Shown here: one piece after another, positions 16,389 through 24,786 of the stretch | How the letters are laid out: the number at the start of each line of letters is the position of its first letter | Numbering within the stretch: position 1 is the first letter of the stretch | Source of the DNA: Vicinamibacterales bacterium | Lineage (GTDB): Bacteria; Acidobacteriota; Vicinamibacteria; Vicinamibacterales; 2-12-FULL-66-21 | Reading direction: 5' to 3' | NCBI GenBank assembly: GCA_036401215.1 | Contig: DASWVN010000164.1 | Span: 9,611 to 73,610, forward strand | DNA length: 64,000 nucleotides | Program-made: the position numbers and the translations under genes | The notes under the pieces: generated by a model | What the model was told of the DNA's origin: nothing | What the model saw: the letters and a program-made list of their open reading frames with translations, nothing else | The model's database searches: none

Positions 16389-17795
16389 TCACGATTCCTC
16401 AGGGGACAAGACTTCGCACTGCAACTCTCCGCGCTGGACCGTCACCCGGACGCGTTCACCGGGCGCGACCTCCTGCGCATCGCGGACGATCGCGCTCCGG
16501 TCCGCGGTCCAGCACACCGCGTAGCCGCGGGCGAGGACGGCGAGCGGGCTCAGGTTTTCGAGCCGGCCGGCGAGGACGCGGAAGCGTGCATCGGCGCGCT
16601 CGCGCGTGCGCACCATCGCGGCGCGAAGCCGTTCGTCCGCCGCGGTCAGCCGCCCGCGGCTCACCGCCAGCCGTCGTCTCAGATCGTTCGCCTCGAGCCG
16701 CTGCCGCAGCGCGCGGAACTCGCGTTCGCGGCGCGCAAGCTGCGCGAGCACGCTGCGTCGCAGCTGGTGAGTGAGGTCCGACGCGTGCCGTCCGTACATC
16801 GCGAGCTGTGCATGCCAGCCCGCGAAGGCGCGCCGGCCGGTGAGCGACTGGACCGCGGCTCGCCGCGTGTGCAGTCCGTGACGGATGGCCGCATCGAGCC
16901 GGTGTTGCAGCCGGTCGATCCGAGAGCAGAACTCTTCCTTCGCGGCGATCACCATCTCCGCGGCCGCCGAGGGCGTCGGCGCACGCAGATCGGCGACGAA
17001 GTCGGCGATCGTGACATCGGACTCGTGTCCGACCGCGGAGATCACGGGGACTGGAGACGCGGCGATCGCACGGGCGACCACCTCTTCGTTGAAGGCCCAG
17101 AGATCCTCGATCGAACCGCCGCCGCGTCCCGCGATGATGACGTCCACGCCCGGCACCCGCGCGATGGCGCGCAGGCCGCGCGCCACGTCGCTTCCGGCCC
17201 CGTTCCCCTGGACGCGCACCGCGCGAATCACGAGGTGGGCATTCGGATGACGCCGCCGCAGCACCTTGATGATGTCGCGGATCGCCGCGCCGTCGAGCGA
17301 GGTCACGATGCCGATCTTGCGGGGAAGCGCGGGCAGCGGACGCTTCCGTTCCGCATCGAACAGCCCTTCGGCCTGCAACCGGTGTTTCAGTTGATCGAAC
17401 GCGAGCTGCAGCGCGCCGAGCCCCTGCGGCTCCATGTGCTCGCAGACGAACTGGTATTCCCCCTTGGGCTCGTAGATGCTCACGCGTCCGCGGGCGACGA
17501 CGCGCAGGCCGTCTTCGGGCTTGAACCGCAGGTAGCGGAGGGAGAGCCGGAACATGACCCCGCGAATCTGGGAGCGGTTGTCCTTCAACGTGAAGTACAT
17601 GTGCCCCGTGTTCCAGACCTTGCAGTTCGAGATCTCTCCTTCGACCCAGATCTCGCCGAGCTGTCCTTCGAGCAGGTCCCGGATGGAGGCGTTCAGCTGC
17701 GAGACGGTCACCACGCGGCGCGCGGGCGGCCGCGGCGGCGGCGCCGGTTCGTCGAACGGCTCGTCTTCGAACGGCTCGGAGAACAGATCAGACAT
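16389..17795 (-). CDS. xseA: Exodeoxyribonuclease VII large subunit
   Basis: OB-fold N-terminus (VSQLNASIRDLLEGQLGEIWVEGEISNCK) and RGGGSIEDLWAFNEE motif. Confidence 0.9.
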   Translation of the reverse strand: MSDLFSEPFEDEPFDEPAPPPRPPARRVVTVSQLNASIRDLLEGQLGEIWVEGEISNCKVWNTGHMYFTLKDNRSQIRGVMFRLSLRYLRFKPEDGLRVVARGRVSIYEPKGEYQFVCEHMEPQGLGALQLAFDQLKHRLQAEGLFDAERKRPLPALPRKIGIVTSLDGAAIRDIIKVLRRRHPNAHLVIRAVRVQGNGAGSDVARGLRAIARVPGVDVIIAGRGGGSIEDLWAFNEEVVARAIAASPVPVISAVGHESDVTIADFVADLRAPTPSAAAEMVIAAKEEFCSRIDRLQHRLDAAIRHGLHTRRAAVQSLTGRRAFAGWHAQLAMYGRHASDLTHQLRRSVLAQLARREREFRALRQRLEANDLRRRLAVSRGRLTAADERLRAAMVRTRERADARFRVLAGRLENLSPLAVLARGYAVCWTADRSAIVRDAQEVAPGERVRVTVQRGELQCEVLSPEES

Positions 17796-18597
17796 GCTGA
17801 GCGAGCCCGGCGACCTCCTGGTGGGACATGTTGATCCGCTCGATGCCGAGCGCCTTGCCCGTCGCAGGATCGGCCGTGATGATGATGGCGTTCAGACGCG
17901 CGGCGCCGGTCGCCGCTTCGAACTTCGATGGCATCCCCGTGACGAACCGGCTCAGCGCGGCGTCGACCGTCACGCCGATGATGGAGTCGTGGGGGCCGGT
18001 CATACCCACGTCGGTCAGGTAGGCCGTCCCTTTCGGGAGCAATCGCTCGTCGGCCGTCTGCACGTGCGTATGCGTGCCGAAGATCGCGGTGACCCGGCCG
18101 TCGAGGTGCCAGCCCATCGCCATTTTCTCTGACGTCGCCTCGGCGTGAAAGTCGACGACGATTACCCGCGCGCGTCCGCGCACGCTCTCGATTTCCTGAA
18201 GCACCCTGGCGAACGGGTCGTCGAGCGGCTGCATGAACACGCGTCCCATGACGTTGATCACGGCGACCGGTTCACCCGTCCGCGTCTGGCCCACCCAGGT
18301 TCCACGTCCGGGCACGCCGGCGGGAAAGTTCGCGGGCCGCAGCAGCCGCGGCTGGCGCGGGATGTATTCCAGGATCTCCTTCTTGTCCCAGACGTGATTG
18401 CCCGACGTCATCACGTCCACGCCGTATCGCAGGATCGTTTCGGCGATGTCGCCGGTGACGCCAAAGCCTGCGGCGGAGTTCTCCACGTTGGCGATGACGA
18501 GATCGATGTCGTGCCTGGCGACGAGCGCCGGGATGGCCCGGTGCGCGATCTCGCGTCCGGGCTTCCCGAAGATGTCGCCGATGAACAGGATCTTCAC
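17788..18597 (-). CDS. YmdB-like metallophosphoesterase (TIGR00282-type 2',3'-cyclic-nucleotide phosphodiesterase)
   Basis: MKILFIGDIFGKPGR...VIANVENSAAGFG...TSGNHVWD motifs. Confidence 0.85.
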   Translation of the reverse strand: MKILFIGDIFGKPGREIAHRAIPALVARHDIDLVIANVENSAAGFGVTGDIAETILRYGVDVMTSGNHVWDKKEILEYIPRQPRLLRPANFPAGVPGRGTWVGQTRTGEPVAVINVMGRVFMQPLDDPFARVLQEIESVRGRARVIVVDFHAEATSEKMAMGWHLDGRVTAIFGTHTHVQTADERLLPKGTAYLTDVGMTGPHDSIIGVTVDAALSRFVTGMPSKFEAATGAARLNAIIITADPATGKALGIERINMSHQEVAGLAQHV

Positions 18598-19035
18598 TCA
18601 GACGGACTCGACGGGAATGCGAATCTCGCGCCCGCGGCGGTCGGCGATTCGTGGAACGACGACGCGGAGTTCCCCGGCAGAGAGCGTCGCGCGGGCGGCA
18701 CCCGCATCGACGGCCCCCGCGATCCGGAACGCCCGCGTGAACCGGCCGAACGCGCGTTCGACGAGATGAAAGGCGGCATCCGCATGCTGGCAGGCCCGGG
18801 GCTTCTTCACGCCGGACACCAGGAGCGTGCCTCGCGAGAACACGACCATCAGCTGATCGGCGGTGACGCCGGGCAGGTCCATGATGATCTCGACCGAGTT
18901 CTGGGATTCGACGATGTCTGCCGGCGGATTGCATTCGCCCGGGGGCGCCGTCGAGCGTGCCTCGTCATCGAGGAGGTCGAAGATTCGCCGGAGATCGTCG
19001 GGCATTTCGCGGCGTTCGAGGTAGATGCGGGGCAT
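18598..19035 (-). CDS. Hsp20/alpha-crystallin family small heat-shock protein
   Basis: ACD core PPADIVESQNSVEIIMDLPGV...FGRFTRAFRI...ATLSAGELRVVVP. Confidence 0.85.
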   Translation of the reverse strand: MPRIYLERREMPDDLRRIFDLLDDEARSTAPPGECNPPADIVESQNSVEIIMDLPGVTADQLMVVFSRGTLLVSGVKKPRACQHADAAFHLVERAFGRFTRAFRIAGAVDAGAARATLSAGELRVVVPRIADRRGREIRIPVESV

Positions 19036-19099
19036 TGTTGAAATTGTACTTCGATGTGGCGTGTGGGGGCCGCTGCGGGCGTTCCGCGGTCCGTGGTGC

Positions 19100-19131
19100 G
19101 GGGTCCGGGGTCCGGGGTCCGGGGTCCGGGG
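19100..19131. repeat. (GGGGTCC)4GGGG tandem heptamer run
   Basis: Five GGGG tracts separated by TCC, followed by further G5-G6 tracts up to about 19170. Confidence 0.95.
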
Positions 19132-19183
19132 TGCGTCGTCCGGGGGCGTGGTGCGCGGGGGCAGGGGGGCTGTGTTTCGAGTA

Positions 19184-19206
19184 ATATGAGCTATATAGGC
19201 TCATAT
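19184..19206. promoter_or_regulatory. Perfect palindrome ATATGAGC-TATATAG-GCTCATAT (HAIR-like operator candidate)
   Basis: 8-N7-8 inverted repeat read directly. A third CTCATAT copy (19224-19230) lies inside the -35/-10 spacer. Confidence 0.5.
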
Positions 19207-19213
19207 AACGTGC

Positions 19214-19242
19214 TTGACATCCACTCATATATGGGCTATTAT
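19214..19242 (+). promoter_or_regulatory. Near-consensus sigma-70-type promoter for the hsp20 gene at 19303
   Basis: TTGACA (19214-19219), a 17-nt spacer, then TATTAT (19237-19242), within an AT-rich island in otherwise GC-rich DNA. Confidence 0.6.
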
Positions 19243-19302
19243 CGTGGCGATGATCTTTCCGGGCGGCAGCCCGGCCATAACGCTGTAAAGGAGGTAGGAG
19301 TC

Positions 19303-19734
19303 ATGGCAATTGTTCGTTGGGAACCCGCACGGGACCTGGCCACGATGGAGATCGACCGGTTGAACCGGATGTTCTCGAACTTCTTCGATGATCAGTTCGG
19401 GCGCACCTGGACACCGGCGGTCGATATCTACGAGACCGACGACCACGAGGTCGTGCTGAAGGCAGAACTTCCCGAGATGAAGCGGGAGGACATCAGCATC
19501 ACGTTCGAGAACCAGGTCCTGACGATCCGCGGCGAGCGCAAGCACGACGAGAGCATTCGGCGTGACCGGTACCAGCGCTTCGAGCGGTCGTACGGCACGT
19601 TCAGCCGGTCCTTCACCATTCCGTCCACGATCGACGCGGATCGCATCTCGGCGTCGTACAAGGACGGCGTGTTGACGGTGCGTCTCCCGCAGCGCGAGGA
19701 GGCGAAGCCGAAGCAGATCGCGGTCGCTGAATAA
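19303..19734 (+). CDS. Hsp20/alpha-crystallin family small heat-shock protein
   Basis: MAIVRWEPARDL...PAVDIYETDDHEVVLKAELPEMKREDISI...ERSYGTFSRSFTIP...ASYKDGVLTVRLP. GGAGG SD upstream. The ORF track frame 19054.. is trimmed to this ATG. Confidence 0.92.
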   Translation: MAIVRWEPARDLATMEIDRLNRMFSNFFDDQFGRTWTPAVDIYETDDHEVVLKAELPEMKREDISITFENQVLTIRGERKHDESIRRDRYQRFERSYGTFSRSFTIPSTIDADRISASYKDGVLTVRLPQREEAKPKQIAVAE

Positions 19735-19790
19735 CGCGACCTGCGGTCAGCGGACCGCGGTGCGTGCGCACGTCCCGGCACGCACCGCGT

Positions 19791-19886
19791 CCTTCGACTC
19801 GCTGCGCTCGCTCAGGGCGAGCCCTTCGACTCGCTGCGCTCGCTCAGGGCGAGCCCTTCGACTCACTTCGTTCGCTCAGGGCAGGC
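19791..19886. repeat. Three tandem 32-nt units CCTTCGACTCGCTGCGCTCGCTCAGGGCGAGC
   Basis: Units at 19791-19822, 19823-19854 and 19855-19886 (the third diverged). Related 39-nt cores occur at 31057-31095 and 31131-31169, and a truncated copy near 27385-27405. Confidence 0.9.
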
Positions 19887-19921
19887 ACCCGCGGACCGCG
19901 GAAAGTGTTAGTCTGAAGCCT

Positions 19922-20197
19922 ATGACGCAGACAGAGGAATCGATTGTCGAAGGCGGTGAAGGCAGCCAGGAGCTGGCCCCGCCGATCACCAGCCGTTTTC
20001 TCTTCGTTGACGTCGCCGCGCAGCGCGCCAAACAGTTGCGCCGCGGCGCCCTGCCGCGCATCGACCTGGGCCCCGGCCCCCACAAGCTCGAACGGGTCGC
20101 CATGGAGGAGGTCCGCGCCGGCCTCATCGACTATTCGCTCCCGCCCGGCCTCGAATCCGCCGCGGTCAGAGCCGAATACCAGCAGTCTCAAGAGTAA
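19922..20197 (+). CDS. rpoZ: DNA-directed RNA polymerase subunit omega (RpoZ-like)
   Basis: SRFLFVDVAAQRAKQLRRGA...HKLERVAMEEVRAGLI resembles NRFxLVxxAAxRARQL...VALxEIxxG of omega. The ORF track frame 19760.. is trimmed to this ATG. Confidence 0.65.
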   Translation: MTQTEESIVEGGEGSQELAPPITSRFLFVDVAAQRAKQLRRGALPRIDLGPGPHKLERVAMEEVRAGLIDYSLPPGLESAAVRAEYQQSQE

Positions 20198-20204
20198 TTT
20201 CGAG

Positions 20205-20285
20205 GCACGTAGCACCAGCACCAGCACGTAGCACCAGCACGTCGCACGTAGCACCAGCACGTCGCACGTCGCACGTCGCACGTGG
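20205..20285. repeat. Tandem GCACGTM / GCACCA 6-7-mer array
   Basis: GCACGTAGCACCAGCACCAGCACGTAGCACCAGCACGTCGCACGTAGCACCAGCACGTCGCACGTCGCACGTCGCACGTGG read directly. Confidence 0.9.
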
Positions 20286-20350
20286 CGGAACCCATCCACC
20301 CCATCTGGCGTAAATCCTTTCAGATAGCCAATCCCGAAAGGAGGACCCGC

Positions 20351-20689
20351 TTGCTGGAGATCGCCGCGTTGACGATCCTCGTGTTCCTGATCTGGGGTGC
20401 GCTCACGCTGGGCGTCCTGGTCTTGAAGGCGCTCCTGTGGCTGGTGCTGCTGCCCGTGCGGCTGATCGCCTACGCGCTCATCCTGCCGCTGTTCTTTCTC
20501 CTGAAGTTCGTCATCGGCGGGGCGCTCCTGCTGGTCCTCGGGCCGATCGTGGCGCTCGCAGCCATCGCGACCTTCCTTGCGCTGGCGGCGGCGGTCGTCA
20601 TTCCGCTGCTGCCGCTGGCCGTCGTGGCCTTCCTCATCTGGTTCGTGGTTCGTCTGGGGCGGGCGGAACCATCCCCGACCAGGGCGTGA
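20351..20689 (+). CDS. Hypothetical small polytopic membrane protein
   Basis: Three to four hydrophobic helices. A strong AGGAGG lies 6 nt before the TTG at 20351, in frame inside ORF track 20282..20689. The 3' end overlaps convergent gatA. Confidence 0.5.
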   Translation: MLEIAALTILVFLIWGALTLGVLVLKALLWLVLLPVRLIAYALILPLFFLLKFVIGGALLLVLGPIVALAAIATFLALAAAVVIPLLPLAVVAFLIWFVVRLGRAEPSPTRA

Positions 20690-22094
20690 GCCGCTCGTAG
20701 GCGGCCGCGGTTCGAAACAGCGTGCTTTCGCCCCAGGCGGGCGCGGTGAACTGAAGCCCGACCGGCAGCCCGTCGGCAAATCCGCAGGGGACGCTGATCG
20801 CCGGGATGCCGGCGAGATTCGCGCTGACCGTGAAGAAATCCGCCAGATACATCTGCACCGGGTCGGCCAGCTTTTCTCCCAGACGGAACGCGGTCGTCGG
20901 ACTCGTCGGGGTGGCGATGACGTCGACCGTTTCGAACGCGCGGTCGTAATCCTGCCGGATCGCGCCGCGGACCTTCTGGGCCTTCACGTAATAGGCGTCG
21001 TAGTATCCGGCGCTCAGCACGTAGGTGCCGAGCATGATCCGCCGCTCGACCTCGTCGCCGAACATGCCGCGCGTCCGCGCGTACATCTCCGTCAGCGTGT
21101 CCGCGCCGGCGGCGCGCGTCCCGTAGCGGACGCCGTCGTAGCGACTCAGGTTCGAACTCGCTTCGGCCGTGACGATGATCGCGTAGGTGGAGGTCGCGTG
21201 CCGGCTGTGGGGAAGGTCGATGTCGCTGATCGTCGCCCCCTCGCTCCGAAGGACCTCGAGCGCTTCGTCGAACGCGCGGCGCACACCGTCGTCGACGCCG
21301 TCTTCCATCAACGTTCGCGGCACACCCACGCGGAGCCCGTGGATCGGCTGCTCGGTTGCGGCGGCGTAATCGTCCACTGGGACGCTGGAGGAGGTTGCGT
21401 CGCGCGGATCGCGGCCGGCGACGATTGACAGGCACAGGGCCGCGTCACGGACGGTGGCGCCGAACGTGCCGACCTGATCGAGCGACGACGCGAAGGCGAT
21501 CAGGCCGTACCGCGACACCCGGCCGTAGGTGGGCTTCAGCCCGACAATGCCGCACAGGGAGGCCGGCTGACGCACGGAGCCGCCGGTTTCCGAGCCGAGC
21601 GCGATCGGGACGGCTCCGCCAGCAACCGCCACGGCCGAGCCGCCGCTGGACCCGCCGGGAATGCGTGAAGGATCCCACGGATTGCGCACCGGGCCGAACG
21701 CCGAGTGTTCCGACGAGGAGCCCATCGCGAACTCGTCGCAGTTGGTCTTGCCGACGATCACCGCGCCGGCCGCTTCGAGCCGCGCGACCACGGTGGCGTC
21801 GTACAGTGGAACGTGGTGCTCGAGCGTACGGGAAGCGGCCGTCGTCCGCAGGCCCTTCGTGCAGATGTTGTCCTTGACGGCGACCGGCACGCCCGCCAGC
21901 GGTCCCTGGCGTGAGGTCGGATCCGCATCGAGCACGGCCGCGCGCGATCGCGCGCGCTCGCCGTCCACGGTGATGAACGCGTTCAAGGGGGCGAGACGCT
22001 CGATCCGTTCGAGCGACGCCGTACACACCTGATGTGCGGAGATATCGCCGTCCGCGATCGCGCGGCGCAGCTCGGCAGCGGTCCGGGCCGTCAT
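20634..22094 (-). CDS. gatA: Glutamyl-tRNA(Gln) amidotransferase subunit A
   Basis: Amidase signature [12 protein letters not shown] and full-length GatA-like sequence. Confidence 0.93.
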   Translation of the reverse strand: MTARTAAELRRAIADGDISAHQVCTASLERIERLAPLNAFITVDGERARSRAAVLDADPTSRQGPLAGVPVAVKDNICTKGLRTTAASRTLEHHVPLYDATVVARLEAAGAVIVGKTNCDEFAMGSSSEHSAFGPVRNPWDPSRIPGGSSGGSAVAVAGGAVPIALGSETGGSVRQPASLCGIVGLKPTYGRVSRYGLIAFASSLDQVGTFGATVRDAALCLSIVAGRDPRDATSSSVPVDDYAAATEQPIHGLRVGVPRTLMEDGVDDGVRRAFDEALEVLRSEGATISDIDLPHSRHATSTYAIIVTAEASSNLSRYDGVRYGTRAAGADTLTEMYARTRGMFGDEVERRIMLGTYVLSAGYYDAYYVKAQKVRGAIRQDYDRAFETVDVIATPTSPTTAFRLGEKLADPVQMYLADFFTVSANLAGIPAISVPCGFADGLPVGLQFTAPAWGESTLFRTAAAYERLTPWSGMVPPAPDEPRTR

Positions 22095-22390
22095 CCGTTC
22101 AGCACCCGTGGTACTTTGAACAGACCGTCAACTGGATCGGCGTCCGGCGCGGCGCGAAGCGCCTCGTCGCGCGAGAGCGACGGCTGCACGGTGTCATCAC
22201 GCGTGCGGTCATCCGCATCGCCCACGAAATCGGCCGCGTCGATCGCGCTGGTATCCACGGCGTTCACCTGTCGGGCAAACTCGAGGATGTCGCCGAGTTG
22301 CCGCGTGAATCGCTGCACCTGGTCTTCGCTGAGTTCGAGCCGCGCCAGGTGAGCGAGCCGTTCGACCTCGCTGCGTGTGATAGAAGGCAC
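22091..22390 (-). CDS. gatC: Glutamyl-tRNA(Gln) amidotransferase subunit C
   Basis: [26 protein letters not shown]... from the GTG at 22390. The longer ORF track version reads into a 10-mer repeat array. 4-nt overlap with gatA. Confidence 0.85.
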   Translation of the reverse strand: MPSITRSEVERLAHLARLELSEDQVQRFTRQLGDILEFARQVNAVDTSAIDAADFVGDADDRTRDDTVQPSLSRDEALRAAPDADPVDGLFKVPRVLNG

Positions 22391-22404
22391 TTCTGGATGG
22401 TAGC

Positions 22405-22504
22405 AGCACCCCGATGCACCTTGAAGCACCCCGACGCACCCCGAGGCACCCTGATGCACCTTGAAGCACCCCGACGCACCCCGACGCACCCTGACGCACC
22501 TTGA
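22405..22504. repeat. Ten tandem 10-mers GCACCYYGAN (with a 40-bp higher-order period)
   Basis: gcaccccgat gcaccttgaa gcaccccgac gcaccccgag gcaccctgat gcaccttgaa gcaccccgac gcaccccgac gcaccctgac gcaccttgac. Confidence 0.95.
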
Positions 22505-22506
22505 CT

Positions 22507-23352
22507 ATGCCTATTCGACAGCCAGCCGTTGCCGGCACCTGGTACCCGGGAAGCGGAGGCGCCCTCGCGCGCGAGGTTGACGCCTACGTCGACGCCGCAT
22601 CCCCGGACCTCCAGGGCACCGTGCAGGCCGTGCTCGCGCCGCATGCCGGGTTGATGTTCTCCGGACCGGTCGCGGCCTGGTCATACAAGGCTGCCGCGGC
22701 GAGCCCGTACGATGTCGCGGTGCTCGTGGGTCCCTCGCATTACGAGGGCTTCGACGGATTCTCCGTCTGGCCGAGCGGAGCGTTCGAGTCGCCGCTCGGC
22801 GCGGCGCCCATCGCCGAGGACGTCGCGGCCCGGGTGCTGCGCTCGCCGATGGCGACCGACCGGCCGTCGGCGCACGCGCGCGAACACTCTCTCGAGATGC
22901 AGCTCCCGTTCCTCCGGCGCCTGCTGCCCGACGTTCCCATCGTGCCGATCGTGATCGGCTACCAGGTGCGCGAGACCATCGAGGCGTTGGCCGACGCGCT
23001 GACGGAGGCGGCGCAGTCGCGCCGTGCGCTCCTGGTCGCGAGCAGCGACCTCTCGCACTACTTCGACGCGAAGACCGCCGCATCTCTCGATGGGCGCGTG
23101 CAGGAGCGGATCGATCGTTTCGATCCCGACGGCCTCCTCGCGCTCTTCGAGCAGTACCCCGAGCAGGAGCGCGGGCGCCACGTGGCATGCGGGGGAGGAG
23201 CGGCCATCGCGGTGATGCTCGCGGCGCGTCAGCTCGGCTCCCGTCACGGACGGGTCCTGAAGTACGCCAACTCCGGCGACATCTCTGGCGACTACGACGC
23301 CGTCGTCGGATATCTTGCGGCCGCATTCGGCTCGTTTGGCGATGCTCGCTGA
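22507..23352 (+). CDS. amrB: AmmeMemoRadiSam system protein B (Memo-like)
   Basis: PAVAGTWYPG...APHAGLMFSGPVAAWSY...GPSHY...SSDLSHY motifs. A TTG at 22501 is an alternative start. Confidence 0.85.
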   Translation: MPIRQPAVAGTWYPGSGGALAREVDAYVDAASPDLQGTVQAVLAPHAGLMFSGPVAAWSYKAAAASPYDVAVLVGPSHYEGFDGFSVWPSGAFESPLGAAPIAEDVAARVLRSPMATDRPSAHAREHSLEMQLPFLRRLLPDVPIVPIVIGYQVRETIEALADALTEAAQSRRALLVASSDLSHYFDAKTAASLDGRVQERIDRFDPDGLLALFEQYPEQERGRHVACGGGAAIAVMLAARQLGSRHGRVLKYANSGDISGDYDAVVGYLAAAFGSFGDAR

Positions 23353-23878
23353 GGCGCAGCGGCAGTGGCTGCTGCGCGTCGCGCGGGAAGCGATCGAACG
23401 GCACCTTCATGGTGAAGGGGATCCGGACCTGCCGGATTCGGGTCTCCCGGACGCATCGGGCGTGTTCGTGACGATCAAGATCCGCGGAGAGCTGCGCGGC
23501 TGTCTGGGAGTGCTGGAGATGCGCGCGCCGCTCGTCGACGAAGTGGTCCGATGCGCACGGGATTCCGCGACCCTCGATCCCCGGTTCCTGCCGTTGACCG
23601 CGGACGAACTCCCGTCGGCAACGATCGACATCTCCATCCTCGGACCGCTCGAGGAAATCGATCCCGCCGCGGCGGACGCCTTCACCATCGGCCGGCACGG
23701 TCTGGTCGTCGAGCAGGGGCACCGACGCGGACTTCTGCTGCCGCAGGTCGCCGTCGAGTGGGGCTGGACGTCCGAGGAGTTCCTCGCCCACACGTGCCGC
23801 AAGGCCGGGCTGCCGGCGGATGGCTGGCGAAAGGGCGCGAAGGTCTTCCGCTTCGACGCCGAAGTGTTTGGTGAATAG
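23342..23878 (+). CDS. amrA: AmmeMemoRadiSam system protein A (AMMECR1 domain)
   Basis: GVFVTIKIRGELRGCLG...DPRF...GLLLPQV are AMMECR1 motifs. Overlaps the amrB stop. Confidence 0.85.
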   Translation: MLAEAQRQWLLRVAREAIERHLHGEGDPDLPDSGLPDASGVFVTIKIRGELRGCLGVLEMRAPLVDEVVRCARDSATLDPRFLPLTADELPSATIDISILGPLEEIDPAAADAFTIGRHGLVVEQGHRRGLLLPQVAVEWGWTSEEFLAHTCRKAGLPADGWRKGAKVFRFDAEVFGE

Positions 23879-23880
23879 CC

Positions 23881-24786
23881 GTGCCCCGACTTGGAGCGCA
23901 CATGTCGATTGCCGGCGGCCTGCCACGGGCCGTCGATCGCGCGCATGCGTCAGGGTGCGAAGCGCTGCAGATCTTCACGAAGTCGGCGGGGCAGTGGCGC
24001 GCCCGTCCGTTGCCGCCCGAAGAGATCGCGCTCTTCCGCGAGCGCGTAGTCGAAACCGGCATTCGTCCCGTCGTCGCGCACAACAGCTACTTGATCAACG
24101 TCGCGACGGCGCAACCGGAACTGAGGGCGCAGTCGATCGCCGCGCTGCGAGAAGAACTGGACCGGGCCGAAGCGCTCGGGCTCGACGCGCTCATCATGCA
24201 TCCCGGCTCGTACACCAGCGGCACTGAAGCGGACGGCCTGCGCCTGATCGCCGAGGCGCTGACTCGCCTCCTCGACGAGCGGCCGGACATGAAGCTGAAG
24301 ATCCTGCTCGAGCACACCGCGGGCCAGGGTACGAACCTGGGCCACCGGTTCGAACATCTCGCCGAGATCCTTCATCGGCTGAGCGGCACGCCCCGCGTCG
24401 GCGTCTGCCTCGACACGTGCCATCTGCTCGCCGCCGGCTATGACATCTGCACGCACGAGGGCTACCACGACACGTTCGACGAGTTCGACCGCATCGTGGG
24501 GATCGACCGGATCCGCGCGTTTCACCTCAACGACTCGAAGAAGCCGTGCGGCAGCCGCGTCGACCGCCACGAGCACATCGGGAAGGGCTGCCTGGGTCTC
24601 GAACCGTTCCGGCTGCTCCTGAACGATCCACGATTCACGGACCATCCGATGCTGCTCGAAACCCCGAAGCTCGAGACCCCTGAGAGCCGCAGGCGCGGCG
24701 ATGTGGATCCGTACGACGCCCGCAACCTTCGGACGCTGCGCAAGCTCATGCCCGCATCGCCACGCCGAACTAGTCGCCGTCGTTAG
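23881..24786 (+). CDS. nfo: Deoxyribonuclease IV (endonuclease IV)
   Basis: LGAHMSIAGG...IFTKS...VAHNSYLINVA...MHPGS...LLEHTAGQG...CLDTCH...HLNDS are Nfo metal-site motifs. Confidence 0.9.
   Translation: MPRLGAHMSIAGGLPRAVDRAHASGCEALQIFTKSAGQWRARPLPPEEIALFRERVVETGIRPVVAHNSYLINVATAQPELRAQSIAALREELDRAEALGLDALIMHPGSYTSGTEADGLRLIAEALTRLLDERPDMKLKILLEHTAGQGTNLGHRFEHLAEILHRLSGTPRVGVCLDTCHLLAAGYDICTHEGYHDTFDEFDRIVGIDRIRAFHLNDSKKPCGSRVDRHEHIGKGCLGLEPFRLLLNDPRFTDHPMLLETPKLETPESRRRGDVDPYDARNLRTLRKLMPASPRRTSRRR

Noticed and set aside
19743-19758. The GCGGTC-AGCG-GACCGC hairpin 9 nt after the hsp20 stop as an intrinsic terminator.
   Set aside because: It is only a 6-bp stem with no following T-tract. 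It is also part of the CGGACCGCGG motif that flanks the 32-nt repeat units, so I did not list it as a terminator feature.
22391-22489. An N-terminally extended gatC (132 aa) beginning MRRGASGCFKVHQGASGC...
   Set aside because: The extension is the 10-mer repeat array read in frame. GatC homologs start at the [10 protein letters not shown] position, where a GTG exists.
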